This document shows, piece by piece, positions 1 to 9,238 of a stretch of DNA of 50,666 nt. The position numbers and the translations under genes are program-made. How positions within the stretch are numbered: the stretch's first letter is position 1; each line of letters begins with the position of its first letter. Origin of the DNA: an uncultured delta proteobacterium. Its GTDB lineage: Bacteria > Bdellovibrionota_C > UBA2361 > CAIXSY01. The notes under the pieces are model-generated. The model made no database searches. It saw only the letters and a list, made by a program, of their open reading frames with translations, and was not told the DNA's origin. The DNA is taken from NCBI GenBank assembly GCA_903922175.1, contig CAIXSY010000232.1, positions 1-50,666 on the forward strand, given 5' to 3'.

Positions 1-464
1 ATCTCATGATGTTACCTGACTGACAAATCCCTAATCATTCAAGCGGATTACCTGCGCCTCAACACAGGCGGGATATGCGGGGTACATAATTTCATTTTTC
101 GGGCGGGGTAGTTAACTAGAATTGGTCAGATAATCCCTCAGTGACAGCGCGCAAATTAGCAAATCGTATCCAGCAGTTGCAGCGCGCCAGAGATCTGGTG
201 GCAGGTAACTCTCCGTTAATTTAAACCATTTGAAACCGAGGCTCGCAATATACGGGATTTCTTACTCTTATTTACTGAGACGGCGAAAGTTGGGCCGCTA
301 CTATTACAGCCACCCCTGAACGCTTACCACTTTCCGTTTACTCATGAATATGGTGAATAGTTACGGTACATTAATTACCCCCCAATCTCTTATTACAAAG
401 AATCTGTGCTACACAATTCAGCAGCTCTACCATAACCTAGGGTAAGGCTAGTGACGTACTAATT

Positions 465-1778
465 ATGCAGACTACAGAGCAATCAACGGATTTAGATAAT
501 CCTAACGGGCGGACTCGTGCAGCCCAATATCTGGGAAGAGAGGCCCCCCAGTCTTTCAAGCCAGTCAAGCCGACTCTCGATTCATCGCCTTCAAACTCAT
601 TAGTTGGCGCATGCCAGGATTTCCCGGAGCTTAAAAAAGCACTTGATGCGCATAACGATAGCCTTGCTCTCGTACTCCTATGGGATCTACGAAAAGGCAC
701 ACTTGACCTTGAAGAGCGAAAGCTGCCCTGGAGTCCCGATCGAGAAGCGCTGTTTAAAACATTACATGATAAACAGCGCCTAGAGCTTATCTCGGCACAG
801 TACGACTTGCTCAACCTATGGAAGGATCAGCCCGGTCGACTTGGAGAGCCTCTTCCACCTGAACTTATAAAAAAAATCACTGATCAGGAGGATCCCGGGC
901 AGCGTTTTGTAATCGCCGCTTTGGGACGATTCGCCGCAGCATCTCCAAAATTTAGGAAGATACTGGACGCCCTTGCGAAATGGGATGTTCAATTTCGAAG
1001 TTTTCCGACGGACGAAATTGCCTCGTTTGTGCCAAATGCGGTGGCATGTGTGCAAATGCGTCACCCTACAAAGGAGACGCCTCTCGAAAATCGACGTTCA
1101 GAGAGCGAAAATGAGCGCTATCAATGGGTCGCCGGACAAACTGTGCTTTTAAACCCACTCCGGATTGATACCTGGCAGACACCCACTGCCGCCGCCGAGG
1201 TAATATTCAATGAAGTCATGAATGTACTGCCAGAGCTTGCTATGGTTCGAAAGGCTAATCTTGCATACCCAGTATCAATGACAAGATACATTATCACTAC
1301 TGCCGGTCCTGTGATAAATGAGGAGCTGAATGGATTTGTTGGGGGCTCTGCAATAGGTCTACACGGCCAAAAAATTACTACTCAGTGCTTGGAAGATCGG
1401 ATGAAGCAGGTTGCCGAACAGTCAATCAAAAAACACCTTCCGTCATACGATCTCAGTAAAAGTTCAGCGCTCGAACACGCCCTGGTTTACATGGGCGTGG
1501 TGTATGGCATCACCCCACTTACCCCGCTGACACCGGCAGATACTGAAAGGAGCGTCGCCGCCGAAAAAGCGCTCAAAGCCATGACCACCAAGCATGAATA
1601 TCATTTGATAAAAGAGTCAAAGGAAAAAATACTCGCCCTGTTACCTAAAGTTCGAGAAATCTTCATCCGCCATGACGGAAGTCTGGAATCACGAGACTGC
1701 CCAGATCTTAAAGGTTTTCAGGAAGAATTACAGGAGTTGCTGGCTTCCAGAGAAGCATCGAAAAAGAGGAAGGTTTAA
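465..1778 (+). CDS. hypothetical protein, 437 aa, no domain recognised
   Basis: Long uninterrupted ORF with an ATG start. I see no signal peptide, TM segment or catalytic motif. It is preceded by 464 bp without any ORF in the track. Confidence 0.55.
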   Translation: MQTTEQSTDLDNPNGRTRAAQYLGREAPQSFKPVKPTLDSSPSNSLVGACQDFPELKKALDAHNDSLALVLLWDLRKGTLDLEERKLPWSPDREALFKTLHDKQRLELISAQYDLLNLWKDQPGRLGEPLPPELIKKITDQEDPGQRFVIAALGRFAAASPKFRKILDALAKWDVQFRSFPTDEIASFVPNAVACVQMRHPTKETPLENRRSESENERYQWVAGQTVLLNPLRIDTWQTPTAAAEVIFNEVMNVLPELAMVRKANLAYPVSMTRYIITTAGPVINEELNGFVGGSAIGLHGQKITTQCLEDRMKQVAEQSIKKHLPSYDLSKSSALEHALVYMGVVYGITPLTPLTPADTERSVAAEKALKAMTTKHEYHLIKESKEKILALLPKVREIFIRHDGSLESRDCPDLKGFQEELQELLASREASKKRKV

Positions 1779-1863
1779 TGTTGGCGTTATTTACCGCCTC
1801 CTTCCTCCTTGGCTTCCGTCCTACCTAGACAGTTTATAGTGTAAGGTCATACTATAAAGTATG

Positions 1864-2038
1864 TGTAACTGCTCGCCCCTTCATCGTCATGCGCAAAATA
1901 ACCCCAACGAAATGACCATTTCTGAGAATCGATGACGCTGACGTCTAAGGTCTAACGCCGGACGCCAGACCTCGACGCTTTACGTCCGGCGCTAGACGTT
2001 TGACGTCAGCGTTAGTCGATGAGGGGCGAGTAGTTACA
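1864..2038. repeat. nested palindromic MITE/REP-like element, copy 1
   Basis: Outer arms 1864-1886 (TGTAACTGCTCGCCCCTTCATCG) and 2017-2038 (CGATGAGGGGCGAGTAGTTACA) are reverse complements with one mismatch and one 1-nt bulge. In the inner hairpin, 1935-1945 pairs perfectly with 2002-2012 and 1950-1964 pairs with 1983-1997 (14 of 15). The element lies in an ORF-poor gap. Confidence 0.7.
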
Positions 2039-2615
2039 AGTATGTCTCGATTCTGTGAACGGTGCCACTCTTCGTTTCAATACGCGCATGGAATCTTTTG
2101 CGAAGAATGCTTTCTCGCTGGAGACTAGGTGCAGGATAGCTACCAATGCACGATGGCTTATCGGAGACTCGAGCGAAAAGTATCCCCAGATCTGCAAGAA
2201 AAGCTACCTTGTAGCAGCGTGGCTTCGGTAATGTGGAGGTTATAGTCAGCCAAAAGATTGGGCGCGAAACTGTTCAATATGTGAGCAATATATACAAATA
2301 CTTTCTCGCTTATCAGCTTGCTCAGGAGGCAGCCGCGCGACGAAAATTAGCGGTCGACGCGGCGCGACAGATGCCCTCCACGCACCGTTGACCCAAAAGA
2401 GAGGGCTGAACTTGCTTTTTTGCCCCTCTTAAGGTTTGCTCTCTTATTGGGGGGGATGCGGAGACGTAAGGCATGTTTTAACGGTGAGATCCTTTCATCA
2501 ACATCCAATCGACCAACCCTGGCAGTGTTTGTGGTCACCTCAGTGGCTTGTAACGCGTACGTTCGTTGCTGAATCTTAGCTCCATGCTTCCGTATAGCTC
2601 GCAGGTAGAGATCCT

Positions 2616-4115
2616 ATGTTTCACAGACTTTCATTCTTCTTCTTCGTATACGTTAGCCAGTATGTGCTTCCCTTCAACGCTATCGCTGAACTAAGCACAA
2701 CCTCCTTTCCTCCTCCGCTTAGCTCGTATCAAGACAGCACCGTCAGCAGTGTTCTGCAGGTCCTGCGCCAGCGCTGCGCGGCCGAGCCGCTCAATCTGGT
2801 TGTAAGCCTCATCTTTCTCCTGGCGGTGCTGCATACTTTCTGGGCGCCAAAGATACTGGCGCTCTCAAAGCGTGTGCAGAAGAGGCACGAAGCAGATCTT
2901 CTCGCCCAGGGCGAGCAGGGGCTAAAGATGCCGCGTGTCAGCGTCAAGGCTGAGTTCCTTCACCTGCTCGGAGAGGTTGAGGCCGTCTTCGGTATCTGGG
3001 CTATCCCCCTGTTACTCGTCATCGGAGTAGTAAAAGGGCGCAGCGTTGCCGAGAACTATCTTAACCATGGTGTTCATTTTGCCGAGGCGGTTTTTGTCGT
3101 TGTCGTGATGAGTATCGCCGCCACTCGCCCCGTTCTCGAGTTTGCATCCTCGTGTCTGCGTAAGGTAGCTAGCCTTGGTGAATCGACTCCGTTGGCATGG
3201 TGGTGCGCGATTGTGGTGTTAGGTCCGCTCCTCGGGTCTTTTATTACGGAGCCAGCGGCGATGACGATAAGCGCTCTGCTGCTCGGCGAGCAGTTCTATC
3301 GCTATAAACCTAAACGCAGTTTGGCCTTTGCCACCGTTGGGCTATTGTTCGTCAATGTTTCAGTCGGCGGGCTGCTAACTAATTTTGCGGCGCCGCCGGT
3401 GCTGGTCGTGGCCGGGCGTTGGGGGTGGGACACTCCCTTTATGCTGGCTACCTTCGGATGGAAGGCGGTACTCGGCATTGCGCTAAACACAATTATCTAT
3501 CTCCTCCTTTTCCGAGATGAGTTTAAAAGGCTGGCGCAGGTGCGCGCTACCGAGGGCAACGCGGATGTCGAGAGCATTCGCGATCCTGTTCCCTTTGGAA
3601 TAACAGCCGTGCATCTCCTTTTCTTGGCATGGATGGTAAGCAGCCTTGCCAGCCCGGTGATTACCATCGGCGGTTTTCTTTTTTTTATCGCTTTCACTCA
3701 AGCGACACATGAGTATCAATCACCGATTGCGATTCGCTCGCCACTTCTTGTCGGTTTTTTCCTCGGCGGCCTGGTCATTCACGGTGGGCTGCAGGGGTGG
3801 TGGATAGAGCCAATTCTCGTGCGCCTCGGCGATAGCTCGCTTATGGCAGGGGCTATGGTCTTGAGTGCTTTTAACGACAATGCGGCTATTACCTACTTAG
3901 CGGCTCTCGTACCTGGGGCAAGTGACAGCATGAAATACGCCGTTGTTGCCGGAGCAACCGCTGCAGGCGGCCTGACGTTGATCGCCAACGCTCCTAACCC
4001 AGCCGGGAACGCGGCCTTGGCCAAATATTTTGATGGCGAGATTTCATCTGCAGGCTTATTGCTTGGCGCCCTCATCCCAACGGCTGTCGTGGCAGGGCTG
4101 TTTGTATGGCTATGA
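2616..4115 (+). CDS. polytopic membrane transporter (putative Na+/H+ antiporter-family or ArsB/NhaD-like permease)
   Basis: The 499-aa ORF is almost entirely hydrophobic with at least 10 predicted TM stretches. Ion-transporter-like segments are present (NDNAAITYLAALV, LIANAPNPAGNAAL). The family assignment is from memory of similar proteins, not from a search. Confidence 0.6.
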   Translation: MFHRLSFFFFVYVSQYVLPFNAIAELSTTSFPPPLSSYQDSTVSSVLQVLRQRCAAEPLNLVVSLIFLLAVLHTFWAPKILALSKRVQKRHEADLLAQGEQGLKMPRVSVKAEFLHLLGEVEAVFGIWAIPLLLVIGVVKGRSVAENYLNHGVHFAEAVFVVVVMSIAATRPVLEFASSCLRKVASLGESTPLAWWCAIVVLGPLLGSFITEPAAMTISALLLGEQFYRYKPKRSLAFATVGLLFVNVSVGGLLTNFAAPPVLVVAGRWGWDTPFMLATFGWKAVLGIALNTIIYLLLFRDEFKRLAQVRATEGNADVESIRDPVPFGITAVHLLFLAWMVSSLASPVITIGGFLFFIAFTQATHEYQSPIAIRSPLLVGFFLGGLVIHGGLQGWWIEPILVRLGDSSLMAGAMVLSAFNDNAAITYLAALVPGASDSMKYAVVAGATAAGGLTLIANAPNPAGNAALAKYFDGEISSAGLLLGALIPTAVVAGLFVWL

Positions 4116-4202
4116 GAAGAACGAGAATGTGCTTGATCCTGTAATAACCAGCATGCTAGAAATAGTGCCATAGCAATTCCAGTTTTTTAAAGGAGATATC
4201 TT

Positions 4203-4556
4203 ATGAAAAAAGCACTTCAAGGCTTTTGTGTTCTCGGATTCTCAGTTTTGTCGTTGGGCGCATGCTCGGATAGAAAAAACCTCTCTCCGTTTCCAACTAT
4301 TTCACCGGAGACGAAGGCCGAAATTGCCTCGCCAGTCAACTGCTCCACAGCACAGAGCGATATAAAGGTACTGGAAGAGGAGAAGGCCTCGGTGGGCAAA
4401 CAGGTTTTGTCGGGGGTGCGAAGTATACTTCCGATAGCTGCCGTGGCCGGGATCCTCATGGGCGACTATCGCTCGCGTGTGCAGGTAGCAACGGGCACGT
4501 ACAACGCTGATATTGAGGATAAGATTGCCAAGATTAAAAGTACCTGCGGGCTCTAG
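4203..4556 (+). CDS. small lipoprotein, unknown function
   Basis: N-terminal signal peptide ending in the lipobox LSLGAC. An AGGAGA RBS lies just upstream of the ATG. Confidence 0.65.
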   Translation: MKKALQGFCVLGFSVLSLGACSDRKNLSPFPTISPETKAEIASPVNCSTAQSDIKVLEEEKASVGKQVLSGVRSILPIAAVAGILMGDYRSRVQVATGTYNADIEDKIAKIKSTCGL

Positions 4557-4594
4557 CTTTTGATGCACGTAGAACGGCAGGCGAGGGGACTCGT

Positions 4595-5260
4595 ATGAAA
4601 AGAACTCTATTGCAGTTTGATTGTTTCCTTGTCCTGCCCTTCTTGTTTTCTTTATTAAGCGCTCACTTTGGCTGTAGTACCTTTAGCCGCGTTACACCTT
4701 CAGACCAAACCGAACCCTCCGGCTTTCTTGGGGACGAAAAAGAGTATGCAGATCTAAAACCATCGCCTGCAGGTGCCCTGGTCAGCTTTAAGAAGCCCGG
4801 AATTCTAAAAACATACGACGCTTTTTTTGTTGAACAGATCGTCGTCTACGGACAGGACAAGGGAAGCCTTGTGCCAGCCTCGTCGAATGAGCTTGATGAG
4901 CTTGCCCATAGCCTTCGAGATAAGATTATTCGTGCCCTCGGCAGCCGCCATACGATGTTCAATCAACCGGCGCGAAATGTCGCTATTTTGAGAGTAGCGA
5001 TTACAAATGTCTGGTCCAACAACACCCTTACGAACCTTCGACCCGGATTGATTATCCCCAATGTGCTTGAGGGCGGAGCTTCAATGGAGGCACTCGTGAT
5101 TGACTCAGTCTCTGGCCAGGAAGTGGCCAAGATCGCCGATTCCAGACCCGGGAAACGACAGGGATTTATGAGTGGCCTTACCAGGTGGGGTGGAACAGAA
5201 GCTGCCTTTGATGACTGGTCTATGCTTCTCAACCGCAGCATTCGACAGGGTAGTATGTAA
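4595..5260 (+). CDS. envelope protein, DUF3313-like lipoprotein
   Basis: Signal peptide with a Cys at position 27. The pattern SGFLGD..Y..L, a later RVAITNV segment, GGASMEALVIDSVSG and a C-terminal W...EAAFDDW match my recollection of the DUF3313 family. Confidence 0.55.
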   Translation: MKRTLLQFDCFLVLPFLFSLLSAHFGCSTFSRVTPSDQTEPSGFLGDEKEYADLKPSPAGALVSFKKPGILKTYDAFFVEQIVVYGQDKGSLVPASSNELDELAHSLRDKIIRALGSRHTMFNQPARNVAILRVAITNVWSNNTLTNLRPGLIIPNVLEGGASMEALVIDSVSGQEVAKIADSRPGKRQGFMSGLTRWGGTEAAFDDWSMLLNRSIRQGSM

Positions 5261-5262
5261 GT

Positions 5263-7956
5263 ATGTCCATCGAGAAAGATCGTCTTCAGGAAGCCAAGAA
5301 CCTGCAAACTCCTTGGAGAAAATGGGGGCCATACCTCAGTGAGCGCCAGTGGGGGACGGTGCGCGAAGATTATAGCCATGATGGCAGCGCCTGGGACTAT
5401 TTTACGCACGACCAGGCTCGCTCACGGGCCTATCAGTGGGGCGAGGACGGGCTCGCAGGCGTCTCCGACGATAAGCAAAAGCTCTGCTTCGCCCTCGCGC
5501 TTTGGAATGGCAAGGATGCGATCGTTAAGGAGCGTCTGTTCGGGCTCTCGAACAGTGAGGGGAACCACGGTGAGGATGTCAAGGAGTGTTACTTCTACCT
5601 CGACAACACCCCGACCCACTCCTACATGAAGTACCTCTATAAATATCCGCAGGCGGCCTTTCCCTACGACGACCTGGTAAAGACCAACCACAAACGATCG
5701 CGTAATGAAGCCGAGTATGAGCTGATTGATACCGGTATTTTTGAGAATAGTAACTACCACGACGTCTTTGTCGAATATGCTAAAAACTCACCCGAGGATC
5801 TTTTAATCAAAATTACCGTGTGCAACCGAAGCGCACGTGCAGCGGCGATTCACCTGCTACCGACTCTCTGGTTTCGCAACACCTGGTCATGGTCAGAGGG
5901 GGCAGCCAAACCCGAGCTGAGCTGTGCTCTGAGCGCTGCAGATTCTTCAGTTGTCGCCGCTGAGCATGCCGAACTGGGGAGATACTATCTGCATTGTTCG
6001 GGCAAGACGAAGCTTCTTTTCACGGAGAATGAAACCAATCAGGAGCGCATCTTTAAGAAGCCGAACCCAACTCCTTATGTTAAAGACGGTATCGTCAATC
6101 ACGTGATAGGTGAAAAAAAAGGAGCGGTAAACCCGGCCGCGCGTGGAACCAAGGTCGCCGCACACTATACGATGATCATCCCGGCGAAAGGTGAGGTCGT
6201 TGTGCGTCTGCGCCTCAACACCAGAGCGCCAGAAGCAAAGGCGAAGAGTGTCGCATTCGGCCCCGAGTTCGAGCAGATCTTTCAGGCGCGGGTGAGCGAC
6301 GCAAATGAGTTTTACAAGGGGCTAACACCGCCGAAAGCAAGTGCTGATGAGGCTATGGTAATGCGCCAGGCGTTAGCCGGCATGCTTTGGACAAAGCAGT
6401 ATTACCACATCGATCTTGCTCTCTGGCTAAAACAGCATGGAACGGATCCCCTCCATGGAGGCGGCGTCCCCGCCAGAAATCGCGATTGGTTTCACCTGCT
6501 CAACGATCACGTTATCTCCATGCCTGACAAATGGGAGTATCCATGGTACGCGGCCTGGGATTTAGCCTTTCACATGCTGGCATTTTCCGCCGTCGACCCG
6601 GAGTTTGCTAAGGAGCAGCTCTTGCTGCTGATGAGCGAGGTGTACATGCACCCCAACGGCCAGATTCCCGCCTACGAATGGAACTTCGGCGATGTAAATC
6701 CGCCGGTGTATGCCTGGGCCACGCTCTATGTGTATCAGGCCGAGAAGAGACGTGCTGGTGCCGGGGACCTTGAGTTCCTCAAACGGACTTTTGCTAAGCT
6801 CACCATAAACTTTACGTGGTGGGTCAATCGTAAAGACCGCCTTGGGAAAAATGTCTTTGAAGGTGGCTTTTTGGGCCTCGACAATATCGGTGTTTTTGAC
6901 CGTAGTTCGCCCTTACCAACAGGCGGGTTCCTCGAACAGGCAGACGGCACAGCCTGGATGGCACTCTACTGTCAAAATATGTTGGAGATGGCGGTCGAGC
7001 TGGCCTCGTATGACAAATCCTACGAGGATATGGCGGTCAAGTTTGCCGAACATTTCTTCTGGATTGCGGCGGCGATGAATCGTTCTGGTAAAGAGACGCC
7101 GGGCTTGTGGGATGAGGAGGACGGCTTTTATTTTGATCTGCTGCGTACCCCTGATGGCCAGGCGACGCACCTCAAGGTTCGTTCACTGGTTGGGCTGCTG
7201 CCACTCTGCGCCGTCATGGTTGGCGAAAAATATCAACGCGAAGCAGTCCCCTGGGCAGCCGAGCGCGTGCGCGAACGCCTCAAGCGTGTGCCTGAGCTGA
7301 CGCACAACGTCCACGTTACCGGTCCAGGGAGCTTTGGCGTGGAGGAACGTGGATTGCTAGCGGTTGTCAACGAGGAGCGCTTGCGGCGCATGCTTACGCG
7401 CATGCTCGATCCGAAGGAGTTTTTTAGTCCCTTCGGCATTCGATCGCTTTCGCGACATCACGTCAAAAACCCCTATCGTTACATGGTTGGGGCACAGGAG
7501 TACCGGGTCGACTATGTCCCGGGTGACTCATTGACCGGCATGTTTGGCGGCAATTCGAATTGGCGCGGTCCGGTGTGGTTTCCGATGAATGCTCTGATTA
7601 TCCGAGCGCTGACGCAGTACTACCTCTACTATGGCGACTCTTTCAAAATCGAGTGTCCGACGGGATCGGGGAAGATGAAGAATCTCTACCAAGTCGCCGA
7701 GGAGATCTCGACACGCCTCACCCGACTCTTTTTGCGTAACCGCCAAGGTCGGCGGCCCTGCCATGGAACAAGTATGCTCTATCAAACCGATCCACACTGG
7801 CGCGATCTCGTGCTCTTTTACGAGTATTTCCACGGTGACAGAGGGATCGGTATTGGCGCTAATCACCAGACCGGTTGGACAGGCCTCGTAGCCGAGCTTA
7901 TACAGGCCTTCGGGATGAGTGATGCTAAATCATTTTTGGCGCGAGGACGAAAGTAG
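5263..7956 (+). CDS. GH63-like glucosidase (MGH1-like glycoside hydrolase)
   Basis: The 897-aa ORF has an N-terminus (WRKWGPYLSERQWGTVREDYS..G.AWDYF.HD.ARSRAYQWGEDG) and a central (alpha/alpha)6-type region (WEYPWYAAWDLAFH, NPPVYAWA, FEGGFLGLDNIG) typical of bacterial GH63-related glucosidases. Confidence 0.8.
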   Translation: MSIEKDRLQEAKNLQTPWRKWGPYLSERQWGTVREDYSHDGSAWDYFTHDQARSRAYQWGEDGLAGVSDDKQKLCFALALWNGKDAIVKERLFGLSNSEGNHGEDVKECYFYLDNTPTHSYMKYLYKYPQAAFPYDDLVKTNHKRSRNEAEYELIDTGIFENSNYHDVFVEYAKNSPEDLLIKITVCNRSARAAAIHLLPTLWFRNTWSWSEGAAKPELSCALSAADSSVVAAEHAELGRYYLHCSGKTKLLFTENETNQERIFKKPNPTPYVKDGIVNHVIGEKKGAVNPAARGTKVAAHYTMIIPAKGEVVVRLRLNTRAPEAKAKSVAFGPEFEQIFQARVSDANEFYKGLTPPKASADEAMVMRQALAGMLWTKQYYHIDLALWLKQHGTDPLHGGGVPARNRDWFHLLNDHVISMPDKWEYPWYAAWDLAFHMLAFSAVDPEFAKEQLLLLMSEVYMHPNGQIPAYEWNFGDVNPPVYAWATLYVYQAEKRRAGAGDLEFLKRTFAKLTINFTWWVNRKDRLGKNVFEGGFLGLDNIGVFDRSSPLPTGGFLEQADGTAWMALYCQNMLEMAVELASYDKSYEDMAVKFAEHFFWIAAAMNRSGKETPGLWDEEDGFYFDLLRTPDGQATHLKVRSLVGLLPLCAVMVGEKYQREAVPWAAERVRERLKRVPELTHNVHVTGPGSFGVEERGLLAVVNEERLRRMLTRMLDPKEFFSPFGIRSLSRHHVKNPYRYMVGAQEYRVDYVPGDSLTGMFGGNSNWRGPVWFPMNALIIRALTQYYLYYGDSFKIECPTGSGKMKNLYQVAEEISTRLTRLFLRNRQGRRPCHGTSMLYQTDPHWRDLVLFYEYFHGDRGIGIGANHQTGWTGLVAELIQAFGMSDAKSFLARGRK

Positions 7957-8000
7957 TGGCGCTATGCTCGTACTAAAGCTATCCGACCAAAGGAATATCT

Positions 8001-9014
8001 ATGCTGCTTGCCATTGATGCCGGGGGAACGAAAACCAGACTGGCGCTTTATAAGCCTGGCGCGACCTTGCCCGGGCGCATCTATCGCCGTTCTTTCGAGC
8101 GTGTGGTTGTTGAGCGCGTCGAGAGCCGCAGCGCAGCATCCCTAGAAGAGATCGTCAGCAGATTTCTCAGTACTCACCACGACTGCGGCGATGTTGAGGC
8201 AGCCTGCGTCGCCGTTCCCGGCCCCGTCCAAGACCGGGCGGCTAAAGCCACCAACTTGCCTTGGGTAATTCGCGAAGACGATCTAAGAGCCGTTACGAAA
8301 ATTGACAAGGTCGTCCTTAAAAATGATCTCGTTGCTACCATAGCAGCCGTGCCGCTGCTTTCTGCAGAGCAGGTCGCAGTTCTGCATCCCGGCAATCCGC
8401 CTATCGATGCCAATACGTATGCGGTCGTTGCCCCGGGCACCGGCCTGGGTGAGAGCTATATGTATGTCGACCCCAGCGGTCGACCACATCCGCTTCCATC
8501 GGAGGGCGGTCACGTCGAATTTGCCCCCAAGACGGAGTTGCAGTTCGACCTGCTGCGCTATCTCTCGAGCAAGCTAAAAAAGCGTGTCAGCTTTGAGCGC
8601 GTCCTGTGCGGCCCGGGCATACTCAACATATACTCTTTTTATCGTGATAGCGCTCACTGCCAGGCCCCCCAAGAACTAGAAGAGGAGATAGCAGCGGGGA
8701 GCGCTCCCGCAGTTATAACAAAGTATGCTGCCACAGGGCGTTACGAGATCTGTGTTCGCACCCTCGACCTATTCACCGACATCCTTGGTTCGCACGCTGG
8801 AGATTGCGTTCTGGCCTACCTCGCCACCGCCGGCTTATATCTCGGAGGCGGTATTCCGCCCAAAATCCTTAGCACCCTGCAAAATGGCCGAATACTGAAG
8901 AGCTACCTCGACAAGGGGCGCCTGTCCCCCCTCGTCGAAGCTACCCCCTTGGTGGTGATTAAAGATGACCACGCCGCGCTCCTTGGAGCGGCTTCAATTG
9001 CTGCACAGCTGTAG
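8001..9014 (+). CDS. glk: glucokinase
   Basis: AIDAGGTKTRLAL phosphate-1 motif. GTGLGES, PSEGGHVEFAP and ERVLCGPGILNIY align closely with E. coli Glk as I remember it. Confidence 0.85.
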   Translation: MLLAIDAGGTKTRLALYKPGATLPGRIYRRSFERVVVERVESRSAASLEEIVSRFLSTHHDCGDVEAACVAVPGPVQDRAAKATNLPWVIREDDLRAVTKIDKVVLKNDLVATIAAVPLLSAEQVAVLHPGNPPIDANTYAVVAPGTGLGESYMYVDPSGRPHPLPSEGGHVEFAPKTELQFDLLRYLSSKLKKRVSFERVLCGPGILNIYSFYRDSAHCQAPQELEEEIAAGSAPAVITKYAATGRYEICVRTLDLFTDILGSHAGDCVLAYLATAGLYLGGGIPPKILSTLQNGRILKSYLDKGRLSPLVEATPLVVIKDDHAALLGAASIAAQL

Positions 9015-9069
9015 GGGGGCTTCCCAGTGTGCACTGATGGCTTCTGTCTTGTAGATAGTGGGTCATTAC

Positions 9070-9079
9070 GGGGGGGGGG
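9070..9079. repeat. G10 homopolymer tract
   Basis: Ten consecutive G residues in the intergenic region, about 160 bp upstream of the Ank/Sel1 gene start at 9239. Confidence 0.9.
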
Positions 9080-9238
9080 CCTGAAAATTCGAGCAAGATC
9101 TCTCCCCTTAATGACGCTGTCGTGATAATAAGTGCTCGACAACGGAATCCATTCGATGAGCGCCGTGTTGGCACAAACAGAATCTTTTAAAAGCGTTGAC
9201 TTGTTTAACGTGCCATAATTTCAAGCTGAGGGAACTCG

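Noticed and set aside
2012-2538. Small minus-strand ORFs (61 and 63 aa) between the palindromic element and the transporter gene; possible remnant of a four-helix-bundle or other small gene
   Set aside because: Hand translation in all frames gave no convincing motif (only a vague resemblance to the SIPSNIAEG region), no RBS and non-protein-like composition.
5339-7866. Multiple 60-112-aa ORFs on both strands inside the GH63-like glucosidase gene
   Set aside because: All are embedded in a strongly supported 897-aa coding frame and show Arg/Ser/Thr/Pro-rich alternate-frame composition.
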